NCBI GenBank assembly: GCA_963663965.2
Contig: CAXXFK010000037.1
Location: forward strand, 1 to 64,000
Direction of reading: 5' to 3'
Origin: Sedimentisphaerales bacterium
GTDB lineage: Bacteria > Planctomycetota > Phycisphaerae > Sedimentisphaerales > SM23-30
DNA length: 64,000 nt
Shown here: positions 1 to 10,709 of the stretch, piece after piece
Layout of the letters: the number at the start of each line of letters is the position of its first letter
How positions within the stretch are numbered: position 1 is the stretch's first letter
The notes under the pieces: generated by a model
Database searches by the model: none
Told to the model about the DNA's origin: nothing
The model's input: only the letters and a program-made list of their open reading frames with translations
Program-made: the position numbers and the translations under genes

Positions 1-812
1 ATTATCGACGATCAGGGGTTTGTCGTTGCGACAGACCTCGCGGGCAATAATAGCGATATTTTTGATAAACGCGCTCTTGACGGCGACGGACTCCAGACCG
101 GAAACCGATTGGATAAAGAATTTGCCTTTGGGGGTGAATGTACCGGCCATACAGCGGTAAACGCCGAGCAGTTCCTGGGCATAGTTGGCCAGGGCGTAAC
201 CGGCGCGTTTGGATCGAGGCTTGCTATGGACCGCACTGACAAACTGCCGTAATCGTTCTGAGCGATCGATTTGAGCCTTCTGGTTGAGCAGGCTGGCTCT
301 TAAGACAAAAACCGAGGCCTGATTACACAAGCCGGCCACGAACCCGGTGAGGGCCGCGAATAGCGCGGGCATCGATTCCTTCCGGAGCGATCAGGAGTAG
401 AAACCGATTCAATTTTTTCTTCGACAATAATCGGAACATACATCAAAGTATGGCCCGATGTGTTTTCTGATTTTATCTGAGACACCTCCATCATAGATAT
501 TAGACATGTTTTCGGGCGGTAAAAACAACGGGTTGACGGGTTTCGTAAATCTTTCGGAGGGCGACAATACTAATCTGCCACTGGGATCCCTCTGGCTGGA
601 GGCCGGCGGCGTTCAAGTTAATATGGTTGATAAATCTGGAATTCGCTGCCTTCGACGGGAACCCAGATGGCACCACCTTTACCTAACACGCGAACGACTC
701 GATCCAGAAAATCGCGATAGAAAATATCCAGCGAACAGTCGGCCATACATAGATCCGCCACTGTCTGTTCGAGGGCTTTCAATTGGGCCTGAAAATCGTT
801 AACTTTTTCCAT
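1..812 (-). CDS. GAF-domain-containing HlyD/RND-type periplasmic adaptor-like protein, N-terminal part (frameshifted about 5 times; continues beyond left edge)
   Basis: Removing one base from short homopolymers near 625, 521, 473, 401 and 351 joins the fragments into MEKVNDF..FYRDFLDRVVRVLGKGGAIW..QHINL..VVLPPE..ENTSGHTLMYVPII..RGLTGFVAGLCNQA..LRQFVSAVH..AGYALANYAQELLGVYRC..IQSVSG. This resembles, from recalled family motifs, the tandem GAF-like N-terminus of planctomycete GAF-HlyD adaptors. The HlyD part itself is outside the window. Confidence 0.65.
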
Positions 813-1013
813 ACGCGCCTGTGTTTGTCATAGCCGCTCTCTTTTCGCTAACTTGTTACGATATCATTCTTTAAACTTAATGGCACTCATCACCACTGCA
901 GAAATATCACTCTACGAATACAGCGGGGTATCATAACACATTTATCGTCCGATATAAACAATATTCTCGCGCGAAATGGCATTAAATGATTTGTAGTGTG
1001 ACAGTTAAGATCA

Positions 1014-1186
1014 AAATGGGTTGAATTGAAGGGCAGGGAAAAACCAGTCAACCGGCTGGGATGTTGCTTTATGGAGTTGTTAAGTGTAAAGCGAAAATTG
1101 GGTTCGTTTGGTTATAGAATATAATTTCTTTGTTTACAGCCAGTAACGTGGTTTTGTTTGATAAATACTGAACGTTGGGTTCGTTT
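1014..1186 (+). repeat. Short dispersed repeat TTGGGTTCGTTT (two exact copies, one degenerate)
   Basis: Exact copies at 1098-1109 and 1175-1186; degenerate AAATGGGTTGAATTG at about 1014-1028; spacing about 77-84 bp. Confidence 0.5.
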
Positions 1187-1218
1187 CTCAACTTTTGGTG
1201 ATCTCCCCCATACCCCCA

Positions 1219-1260
1219 TAAAAGGAAAAGCCCGGGCGGCTTTTAAGGGCCGTCCGGGCT
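1219..1260 (-). terminator. Rho-independent terminator of the S-layer-like gene
   Basis: Minus strand AGCCCGGACGGC-CCTTAAAA-GCCGCCCGGGCT followed by TTTCCTTTT, about 45 bp after the stop at 1305. Confidence 0.8.
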
Positions 1261-1304
1261 GTTTAGGACTTCGTTATCCTGATGAAATCAGGATTCAGAA
1301 CAGA

Positions 1305-4300
1305 TTAGATTTCACCTACGATCGAGTCAGAAATCTTGACAGGATTGAAGATGTCATTGGTGCCGTTTTCGCCAACCCAATCGAAGTTGGTGGTCAGGCT
1401 ACCTGCACCGTTGGTGCTTACCAGATAGGAATCATTGATGATTCCGGCATACTTGCCGCCGCCAGAGAGGAAGATGTTATCCACATCGCCGGCCACGAAC
1501 ATGCCATTAATCTTGTAAGCGGTGATATCATCGCAGTCGCCTTCGATATCGATATCATCGAACTTGGTACCGGCAATCTGAGTCAAATCGCCTTCGACAT
1601 GCAGATTCTTAACGGTCTTCATCGCGCTGATCTGAGCGACATCGCCACCGAAGTAGGCGTTGATCAGAGACTTGCCGGCAATGATACCCACGCCATTAAT
1701 ATCGCCTGAGACAAAGGCATTCTTCAGGTTGCTATCGACATCGGTGAAGCCGCCCAGATCGCCATCGACTACCAGAGCGTCAACCTGAATACGAGGACCA
1801 ACATTGATCATTGGCAAATCAGCATTGCCGGGCATATCAAAGTCGATCAGTTCGTTATCCATTTCTTTGCCTTTGATCATGGCCTTGCCATACTTCACGG
1901 CATCTTTCATGTCGCGCTCGGTCGGAGCAGTCGCGCTTTCGAGAGACACGATAGAGGTAGACCCTTTACCGTTCAGTTCGAAACCGGAAACCTGGCCGAA
2001 CAGAAACACTCATAACGACTTCAACATGGCTGTTGGAGACATAGACCCACTGGTTGGTTGTGCCAACCTGGACAGGATCGTCACTGCCATTGAAGGACTG
2101 GGTGGCCGCGGAGAGCGGATTGCCCATGAAGTCAATCGCCGTGTTATAAGCAGCGCCTGTTAAAGCGGCAGTCGAGACATCGCCCCAAACCTGAATGACA
2201 TCAATGGTCGGGGTGGCAGTATTATAGCTGTTGGTATTAGCCAGAGTGACACTGCCGGTCCAGTCACCCTGAACAAACAGATCATCAAAATCACCGGTGA
2301 TTGAAATGTCGCCGGCCAGATCGCCAACAACAGTCACATCATCAGTGATATGATCGGTATCAGATTCGTCAACAGTTACGGTAGAACCGGCTGCCAGACC
2401 TTCAATGGTCAGATCGCCGGCATTCAACGTTGCCATTGCCGTAGCACCAGTCACATCGATGCCATCCATACAGGTATAACCGGCAATCGCAAACGGATCG
2501 CCAACAGCGCCATCGGCATCAACGTTGGCATAACTGATGACTGACGGATCGTACGTATTCAGCGTATCGTTGAACAAGCCGTTTACAAACAGGGTATTTA
2601 CGGTACCTTCAACATTGAACGCACCGGTGTAACCGCCACCGACATTGATGATACCTTCGAAGGTATATGCTTCATCCACGCCAATACCGGTAGTAATCGC
2701 GCCATCCGCAACCATCAGGCCCAAATTACCGGCATCGACGGTGATCGCTGTACCGGCAATTGCACCACCGGCGGTAATATTACCCAGGTTGCCAGTGTTA
2801 ATATCGATATTGGTAAACGACATGGCGCCTTCAACCGTAATGCCGCCGAGAGCGCCCAGATCCAGATCGAATCCGGCAGCAGTCGCGGCTTTAGTCAGAC
2901 CACCGTTAAAGCTGGCCGCCATGTCACCGCCGGCGGTCAGGCCCAAAGCGGAGACATCGGCATCGTCGTCAACGATGATTGATCCGGTAACAGTACCATC
3001 TTCAGCCGTGGTGGTGGTTGGATCATCGACATCGATAGCGGCGCCAAGGTTATCGCCGGAATAAATGTTGCCAGAGACATTACCGTTGATTTCGGTATTG
3101 CCAGCACCCAGCAGAACGATATCGGTAAAGGCATAGACCTGATAGCCATTGGTGGCGTCATAGGTTGCCGTTCCAAAAATCGCAGCAACGCCGGCATCGG
3201 TCGAGAAGGCCACTTCACCGGCATCGGTAAAGTCACTGACATCGGTACCACCAGCGCCATCCATCAACGCTTCATCATCGGCATTGGTATCGATACCCAA
3301 ACCAATGGTCGCGCCATCGTTGACACCGATACTGAAGGTACCGGTATAGGCGATGGGTTCAGGACCTGCGTTCGAGTTGATGATACCCAAACCATCGACA
3401 CCGGTTGAACCGATAACGAGGTTGGACAGGAAGGACACATAATCAATATTAGCATTGGCCGCAACATTCAGATCGATCGCAGAAAGCGATTCCGTTACGG
3501 TAATGGTAGAGGTTGCAGATCCGATCGTGCCATCAAGGGCCTGATCGGTCAGGGTCAGGGTTGCAATCGAGCCGGTTACCAGGATATCAGAACCGAAATC
3601 GCCGGTAATGGTCAGGTTGACCGCGGCGCCCTGGGCATTGGTCAGATTGAGAGTACCCAGCATATCGTTGGTAATGGTTACCGTACCGCCATTCGCAAGT
3701 TCGGGCAGGGTAATGGTAGAACCAACCGCAACCGAACCGATGGTCGCGCCGGCCATACCGCTGGTCACATTGGTGCTGACATAATCAGACGCCGAAACCG
3801 TTACGGTAACGCCGGTAGCGACATCTCCAAGAGTCAACGCGCCGCCAACCGATGCAATCGTTACATTACTGGAAACCGTACCACCCACACCAATGCCAAC
3901 CGCACCGGTTACCGTACCAACCGTTACAGCGCCGGATACATCACCGGTAATGGTAACAGCCGTCAGGCCGGTGGTGGCCAGGGTCAGGGCGCCGGAGATA
4001 TCACCAGTAATATTAATCGCACCCTGGATGTTACTCAGGTCGGTATCAGCGGTAATATCCTGTGACAGGGTAATACCACCTTCAGAACCGGTCATATTGG
4101 TGAATGAACCACTGGTGAATTGTACAGAGGCTTCATTGTCATCGGCAGCGCCAACACCCACCTGGGCAATATTGCTGGCCTGGAGGAAACCGGCAGCCGC
4201 ACCGGCAAAGACCTGCGTTCCAGCCGTTGGATCAACTGGAATGACAAAGGTGCCGGTTACAGCGGTGGTTACCGGCTCGGTTGCCGAGGTAACGGCAGAG

Positions 4301-7300
4301 ATCGCCGGAGCGATGAAGGTGGTCGATGCCGGATTAGAGTTTACAGTCGCACAAGCCAGTACATTCAGGTTATCCACTTTGAAGATATCAGAAGCGTTAT
4401 CGCCAAAGTTGCCTTGAACGATCATCGCGTTTACAGAAGAATTGGCGCCCAGAGAAACGGTGGTCGCGCCGCCATCAACCATAAAGTCGCCATCGATCGT
4501 TACAACATCAAGAACCTTACCGCCGGTAACCGTGGAGGAACCGAAGGTAATTTCTTCTACGTCAAATTCATTATCGTTCACCGCGGTATAGCTGTCATCT
4601 TCGTTGGCATCGCCATCGACTGCCGTATCGGCATAGGTCTTGAAGGACAGGTCAAACGCAGTGGTTGTCAGATTGGTCATTTCGACATCGGCGCGAATGT
4701 CAGACGCGGCCACATCGTCAATGGTGACATCGAAGGTCGCCTGAGCGGCGGTGGCATCGGTTTCGATCGCGTACATCAGACCCAGGCCGCCATCGGCTTC
4801 GCCACTGATGATCTTCAGGATATAGCCATTGGCATCGGCTGTTTGTGCCTGAGCGCGAATCGAAGCGGTTACCGCGCCGAAGCTGAAACCAGTACCAGTA
4901 TCCAGACCATTAGCGGTAATGTGGCCAATGGTGGTCGTTGCGACAATGTCATCATCGCCATCGCCAATGGTGATATCATCATCGGCCGTCATGCTACCGA
5001 TCGAACCGGTATCAGCCGTGATGTCATCGGTAATGGTAATATCGGCGGTATTGCCGGTATTATCAGCAGTGATATTACCGAGGCTGTCGCAGACAATCGC
5101 GCCAGTGAGCGTGATGCTGCCGGCCGCGGTCAGATTACCAATGGTACCGGCGGACGCGTCAATCGCGCCAATTGCCAGTGCACCACCGGCAGTAATGTTG
5201 CCCACATTACCTTCGGCCGGATCGTCAGTCGTGGTGCCCGTCAGAACGGCGCTTTCATCGGCATCGGCATTGATCGAGCCAATAGTGATAGCGCCCGTTG
5301 CGGTGATGGCGCTGATTGAGCCATTGGTGCTGGTTAGAGCATCCATACTCAGTGCGCCACCAACGGTACCGCTGAAAGTGATATCGCCACCGGCGGTCAC
5401 ATCATCAGTTATCGTTGCTGCACCACTAAAGGTCAGGGTCATATCACCTGCAGTTCCGGCTTCCAGATCGTCATTGACAACCAACGTACTACCTACTGAC
5501 AGAGTCACATCGTTGTCGGCGGTGATTTCTTCGATCTCCGCGGCGCTGGTTACCGTCAGGCTGACATCATAGGATTTTGCCGTTCCATCATTGGAGTTTC
5601 CAATAAAGATATCGTTGGTGCCGCCGGCAACTGAAATGCTGCCGCCGACGGTGATATCCAGATCACCGGTATCTACGGCTGCCGCGTTGTCATCGTGGTC
5701 GGAATAGATAATAATATCTGAGCCGCCGGTAGTATCCAACGCGGTAATATTGCCCGATACGTTAAGCGCCACGTTGCCATCAGCCCAGATGGTAATCGCA
5801 CCGCCGGTATCCGTGCCAATAATATTGGCAGCGGTCAGACTGGTTATACTGCCGCTGGTTGCTGAAATGGTCACAGCGCCGTTAGCGCTATCGATATTGC
5901 CGGTAACTGCCAGGGAGGTAATATTACCGCTACCTGCTGTTACACTTGCCATCAAATCGCCGCTGACTGTAATAGCGCCACTGAACGCGCCGCCACTGGT
6001 TGACAAGGTGTCAATCAGATCATTGGCAATTGCAATAGTACTTGAGAATCCGGATGTCGCGCTGATCGCGGCATCACAATCACCCTCGTCACCGGTTACG
6101 GTACTATCGGTAATCGAGATAGCGCCAATCGTTCCGGTTGAGGTGATGAGAATATCGCCGAGTACCGTTCCGCCCGTTGGATCGGTTTCATTTAATCCAC
6201 CGGTCGAACTGATCGAGGTTATATTGCCACCCAGGATCTTAACATCGCCGCCATCGTCGGTACTGTAGTTAAAGATACCGTCTAGTAAAATGGCGCCAAT
6301 CGTTCCGGGCGCTGCGTTAGTTGAACCCAGCTGTATGGCGCCGCTAACCGCGGTTCCAGAACTTGCCGATCCAACAACGATAGGATCATTCACTGTAATC
6401 GTGCTCATATTACCGGTACCATCCACACCGTTGGTATGGGTGGCATCGCTATCGGAACCAATAATGATGGTACCGCCGCCCGTATTGGTATTCGTAATCG
6501 AACCAATGGTCAGAGCGCCAGTGAAGGCCGCGCTGGTTGAGGTCGCAACCAGTACATGTGCTGCGCCGGTACCGCTCACTGCGATATCGCCAAGAGAGAC
6601 GGTCGATCCAAAACCAGAATCGCCACCACTAAGCACTAGATCACCGGTACTACTTAACGTTATGTCGCCAATGGATACGGCACTGGTAATACCATCATTG
6701 GTCGCGTCGATATCCGAATCAATCGAAACACCGCCAGATGAACTGATGGTTATGCCATTGGTAATTGTCAGGTCATAGATACCTTCACCCTCAACGGTAA
6801 AGTTACCCGTACTGGAAACGGTTACGCCGCCGAAGCTCAAACCGGAGGTTGAAGCACTCAGATCAATACCGGTTGTTCCGGTATTACCTACGATACGCAC
6901 ATGATTGGCGCCATTGGCCAGGACATCGCCGGCCCAGGTAATTCCGTTAGTAATCGAAGCGCCTTGAATCAAAGAATCATCAACGATGTCGATGCCAGTA
7001 TCCGTTGAGGTAATACCCGTGATAGCGCCACCATCGGCGGTCACATCACCGGCAATCACGTGCATATCAACACTTAAGCCGGCATGGCCGCTGGCCAGAG
7101 TCGGCATCGTAATTGTGCCGAGGGCAGAATCGGTGGCCTGAGTCGGATCATCGCCGTTACCATTGGATATTTGAGTACCGGAAATACTTGTCCCGGCCAG
7201 AACTGTAGCTGTTCCGGTCGCTTTGCCATCAATGGTCATAGAGGCAATATCATCATCGCCATCCGCGCCGGCATCAGCCACCACCGCGGCAACATCCTGA

Positions 7301-7707
7301 CCGGAAGCGATCAAAACCGTAATAGCCGTAACACTGGTAGGAACCGCACCGGAAAACGTTACGCCACCAATGGCAACATTAGACACAATATAAATCGCGT
7401 CGTTGTTGCTTAAGGTGGTCGCGTCAATAGTAATCACCGGCGCGGTATCATCCGCTACTGACGCAATAGATATGTCCGGTCCGCTATTAGCACCCAGGAA
7501 CAAGATACCATCGGTATCATCCCAGTCGGCGGTGCCGCCGGTGATGTTCCAGGTGACATATTCGCCTGGTTGAACCGTTGTCGCAGGCGCGATCCTGTCT
7601 TCCAGCTCTTCTACGTTGAGTCGGCCGGCAAAGCGGTTACGGCGAGCCAGTAAAGCCATATCCTGCCGTTGTGCCTTTCTAATAATTGAACGAAGCCCAT
7701 TAGCCAT
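1305..7707 (-). CDS. Large acidic surface/S-layer-like beta-solenoid protein with LE(D)R-type planctomycete leader (about 2,133 aa if one frameshift near 2005 is repaired)
   Basis: ORFs 1966..7761 and 1305..2009 overlap and join by removing one A from AAA at 2004-2006 (VEVVMSV-LFGQVSG). Probable start ATG at 7707 with AGGAG RBS. Basic leader ends in NVEELEDRIAPA. The body is T/G/A/D/I/V/S-rich with short beta-strand repeats. Confidence 0.75.
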
Positions 7708-8323
7708 AATAATTATCTCCTTTTCTAAACGCGTTGTTTCGCGGCACCATGCCACAAACACTTTAGAATTCTATTTTTCAAATACTTACTTTAAAGAAAC
7801 GAACACTATGAACTTTTATATTGAAATCTTGCCCACACGGGGGTCAAGCTTGCAAGGATACGGAATCTGTGCGGAGATTCCGTCAGACAACACATATATT
7901 GTCTGATTTCGAAAGAGTTTAAGTTGAATTTTTTACAGGATTTTCGGAAAAATTTTCCAACTTTTCGTTATTTATCGATTTTATGCCCTTTAACGATAAA
8001 CCAAGCCAGGTAAAAAGTCCCATAACCATCGATTTAAACTTAACTCTCTGTTAAATTGTCAATTATAACTCTTGAAAGGAGGCCCGAGGTTCCGATGAAT
8101 TACTGACCGGCTAACTGGTCAGCCCAATTATTCGCGATCCCTCGCGTCATTTTCAGTGTTATCTCCTGAGTTTTCTGTGTAATGCGTTGCAGACTTTACA
8201 GTTACAGAACATTACTACTTATCGGGCGTTTTTAACTCTGATTGGAAGTTATGTCAACACAAAAAATAAGAATTTTTTGCAAAGAACTAAGAAAATATCA
8301 GAAACTCTATTCGGCCCAAAGCG

Positions 8324-8361
8324 AGAAAATCAATCCGGCCGATGCGGAACCGGCCGGATTG
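8324..8361 (-). terminator. Terminator hairpin after the DUF3467 gene
   Basis: CAATCCGGCCG / CGGCCGGATTG perfect 11 bp stem at 8331-8361, followed by ATTTTCT on the minus strand. Confidence 0.7.
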
Positions 8362-8373
8362 CATGAAACTAAT

Positions 8374-8718
8374 TTACTTATTGTCGCCGGCAGGATTCAA
8401 TCTACGTTGTACATTCAGCTCGATCACTCCGAAATTCTGCTCATGACGGAGAATGGTCTGTTGCAAAGCGGCCAGCAGACGTTTGGCGGTGAAATGATTT
8501 AAAACAAGTCTCTGGTCGATCTTCACGGTTTGATCCTGACGAGAGAACGGATTGGGATTTAACGCAAAATCGATGAGAACCTCTTCAGGCGTGCCGGTCA
8601 CCCGACAGAAATTGGAATATGACGCGTTCACAGTGGCATCATCCAGGGTAATTTTGATCTGTTGGCCATCGCCGGGTTTTTCCACGACTTCGCCTTCCTT
8701 GTTCTTAGCATCAGCCAT
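8374..8718 (-). CDS. DUF3467 domain-containing protein
   Basis: Motif YSNFCRVTGTPEEVLIDFALN...RLVLNHFTAKRLLAAL...RHEQNFGVIE matches DUF3467 as recalled; RBS AAGGA upstream. Confidence 0.85.
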   Translation of the reverse strand: MADAKNKEGEVVEKPGDGQQIKITLDDATVNASYSNFCRVTGTPEEVLIDFALNPNPFSRQDQTVKIDQRLVLNHFTAKRLLAALQQTILRHEQNFGVIELNVQRRLNPAGDNK

Positions 8719-8967
8719 TCGATATGTCCTTTCGCTAGAGTTTTATTTATATAAACCTATATAACTGTCACATTAACAGATTATTGTCACTTAATGAAAT
8801 AGTTTTCAAGATATAGCACTGCGCATTATACAGTAACAGACTAATATTCCTGAGCAGACCCCAAGAGTCAAGAAAAATTTTCCGCTGGGGGGCTTTAAGG
8901 GCAAAAAAGTGAGATTTTCGCCATCAGGCTCAGTCGCCGGGCCGATGTTATTTTAGTGAGTTAATGC

Positions 8968-8996
8968 TTGGTGTTTTGCCGGGCAGTTGTTATAAT
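8968..8996 (+). promoter_or_regulatory. Putative sigma70 promoter of lepB
   Basis: TTGGTG-17 bp-TATAAT with an extended -10 TG at 8988-8989. Confidence 0.5.
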
Positions 8997-9053
8997 TTTT
9001 TATTTCTGGCGTTTTGAGTCCTGTTAACAACTCAGCTGTTGAATTGTAACATT

Positions 9054-10580
9054 ATGAGCAAAAACGAAATAATCACAGACAAATCCGTAATCCATTCCAT
9101 TAAAGACACCTTCGAATCGCTGGTCATCGCGTTTATACTGGCGTTCGTATTCCGGGCGTTTGTGGTGGAGGCGTTTGTTATCCCGACCGGCAGTATGGCC
9201 GATACGCTGCGCGGGGCGCATTTCCGGCTGACCTGTCAGACCTGCGGCTATCAGTACAATTATGGCTTCGACACCCGCTATTACGGTATTGACAAGGGCA
9301 AGATTCCCTCCCGACCGTTAAAAATATCGGTTCCCAATGCCGGCTTGCGGAAGCAGAACACCCTGTATCCGATCTGTCCCATGTGCGGCTCGCCGGTCGT
9401 GAACGAACTGGACCGGCATGTCGCCAACGGCGATCGTATTCTGGTATTGAAGTATCTTTATCAGTTTGTCGAGCCAAGCCGCTGGGATGTGGTCGTCTTT
9501 AAAAATCCGTGGAATCCTTATGAAAACTACATTAAACGCCTGGTGGCCAAGCCTGGTGAAGCGTTACAGATAATCGATGGGGATATCTATATCGACGGCA
9601 CGATCCAGACCAAACCGGACATGGTGCAAAACGCCCTATGGATCAAGATCTTCGACAATTTTTATCAGCCGGACGATGACCGGGTTCAGCCGGAATGGCG
9701 CCAGCCTTTTGTGCCCGGCAGTCTTGAGTCGGGCTGGACACTGGACCAGGCCAGACACAAAATCACTTTTACGGGCAACAGCAAAAATGCCACGTTGCAC
9801 TTTGACCAGAACCGGCTGGACCGGCTGACCCGGAGTTTCTGCGCTTATAACGGCGAGACGGTCGATCCGTGGTCGCAATGCAGCGATCTGAAGTTTTATA
9901 CCCTGATTATTCCAACGGGCGACAGCGGCAGCTTTGAAGTCCGCCTGGGCAAATATGAACATGAATACACCGGACGACTGGATTTCTCCGGCCTGATTCA
10001 GATTATCGATCAGGCGACTGGAGAGATCCTCGCGGAAGAAACCGTATCACCCGTCAAGCCTAATCAGCCCATTCCGTTTTCCTTTGCGCTGCTGGATCAT
10101 ACCCTGCAGTTGCGGCTGGGCGACCGGGACCCATTAATCTACGTCGGGCCTAATGATCCGAAAGCATGGGGCTATCGACCGGGCGATCCGCATCCGGCGC
10201 CGCAACTGCCGCCCAGTGTGGCGTTGAACGCCCGGGGTGATGGTTTTGAACTGGAAACCGTTGAGCTGTACCGCGATATCTATTATGTCTCGCTGCATGG
10301 TTCGCAGTCGGTGCGCGGCAGCGAACAGCATCCCATCAAATTGAAAGAGGATCAATTCTTTGTTTGCGGCGACAACAGTCCGCAAAGTTACGATTCGAGA
10401 CTCTGGGAACAAAAAGGCATCACTAACGATGACAATAAACTCTATGACGCCGGCATTGTCCCGCGCGATTACATGATCGGCAAGGCTTTCTTTGTGTACT
10501 GGCCGGCCGGTTTTCGCCCGACGGAATCAACCCGCATCGCGATTATTCCCAACTTCGGGCAGATGCGGTTTATTTATTAG
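9054..10580 (+). CDS. lepB: Signal peptidase I (S26), long inserted planctomycete type with Zn-ribbon-like CxxC pairs
   Basis: N-terminal TM, EAFVIPTGSMA (catalytic Ser), YIKRLV (catalytic Lys), GDNSPQSYDSR box, IGKAFFVYWP; CQTC and CPMC pairs in an insertion. Confidence 0.92.
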   Translation: MSKNEIITDKSVIHSIKDTFESLVIAFILAFVFRAFVVEAFVIPTGSMADTLRGAHFRLTCQTCGYQYNYGFDTRYYGIDKGKIPSRPLKISVPNAGLRKQNTLYPICPMCGSPVVNELDRHVANGDRILVLKYLYQFVEPSRWDVVVFKNPWNPYENYIKRLVAKPGEALQIIDGDIYIDGTIQTKPDMVQNALWIKIFDNFYQPDDDRVQPEWRQPFVPGSLESGWTLDQARHKITFTGNSKNATLHFDQNRLDRLTRSFCAYNGETVDPWSQCSDLKFYTLIIPTGDSGSFEVRLGKYEHEYTGRLDFSGLIQIIDQATGEILAEETVSPVKPNQPIPFSFALLDHTLQLRLGDRDPLIYVGPNDPKAWGYRPGDPHPAPQLPPSVALNARGDGFELETVELYRDIYYVSLHGSQSVRGSEQHPIKLKEDQFFVCGDNSPQSYDSRLWEQKGITNDDNKLYDAGIVPRDYMIGKAFFVYWPAGFRPTESTRIAIIPNFGQMRFIY

Positions 10581-10649
10581 CCAACCCTACGATTTCAAGC
10601 CAACCGGCAGAGTAACCATACAAGCATAAACAGCGCTGTTTTAATCAAT

Positions 10650-10688
10650 AAAAAAAGACAGGCTATCATTAACAGCCTGTCTTTTTTT
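10650..10688. terminator. Bidirectional intrinsic terminator
   Basis: A7-GACAGGCT-loop-AGCCTGTC-T7 between convergent lepB and GH106. Confidence 0.88.
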
Positions 10689-10709
10689 ATTTGGGTTTGT
10701 CTATCGGTG

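Noticed and set aside
1158..7413. Many + strand ORFs (up to 399 aa) opposite the S-layer-like gene
   Set aside because: Antisense shadows of a repetitive, codon-biased gene; no motifs or RBS.
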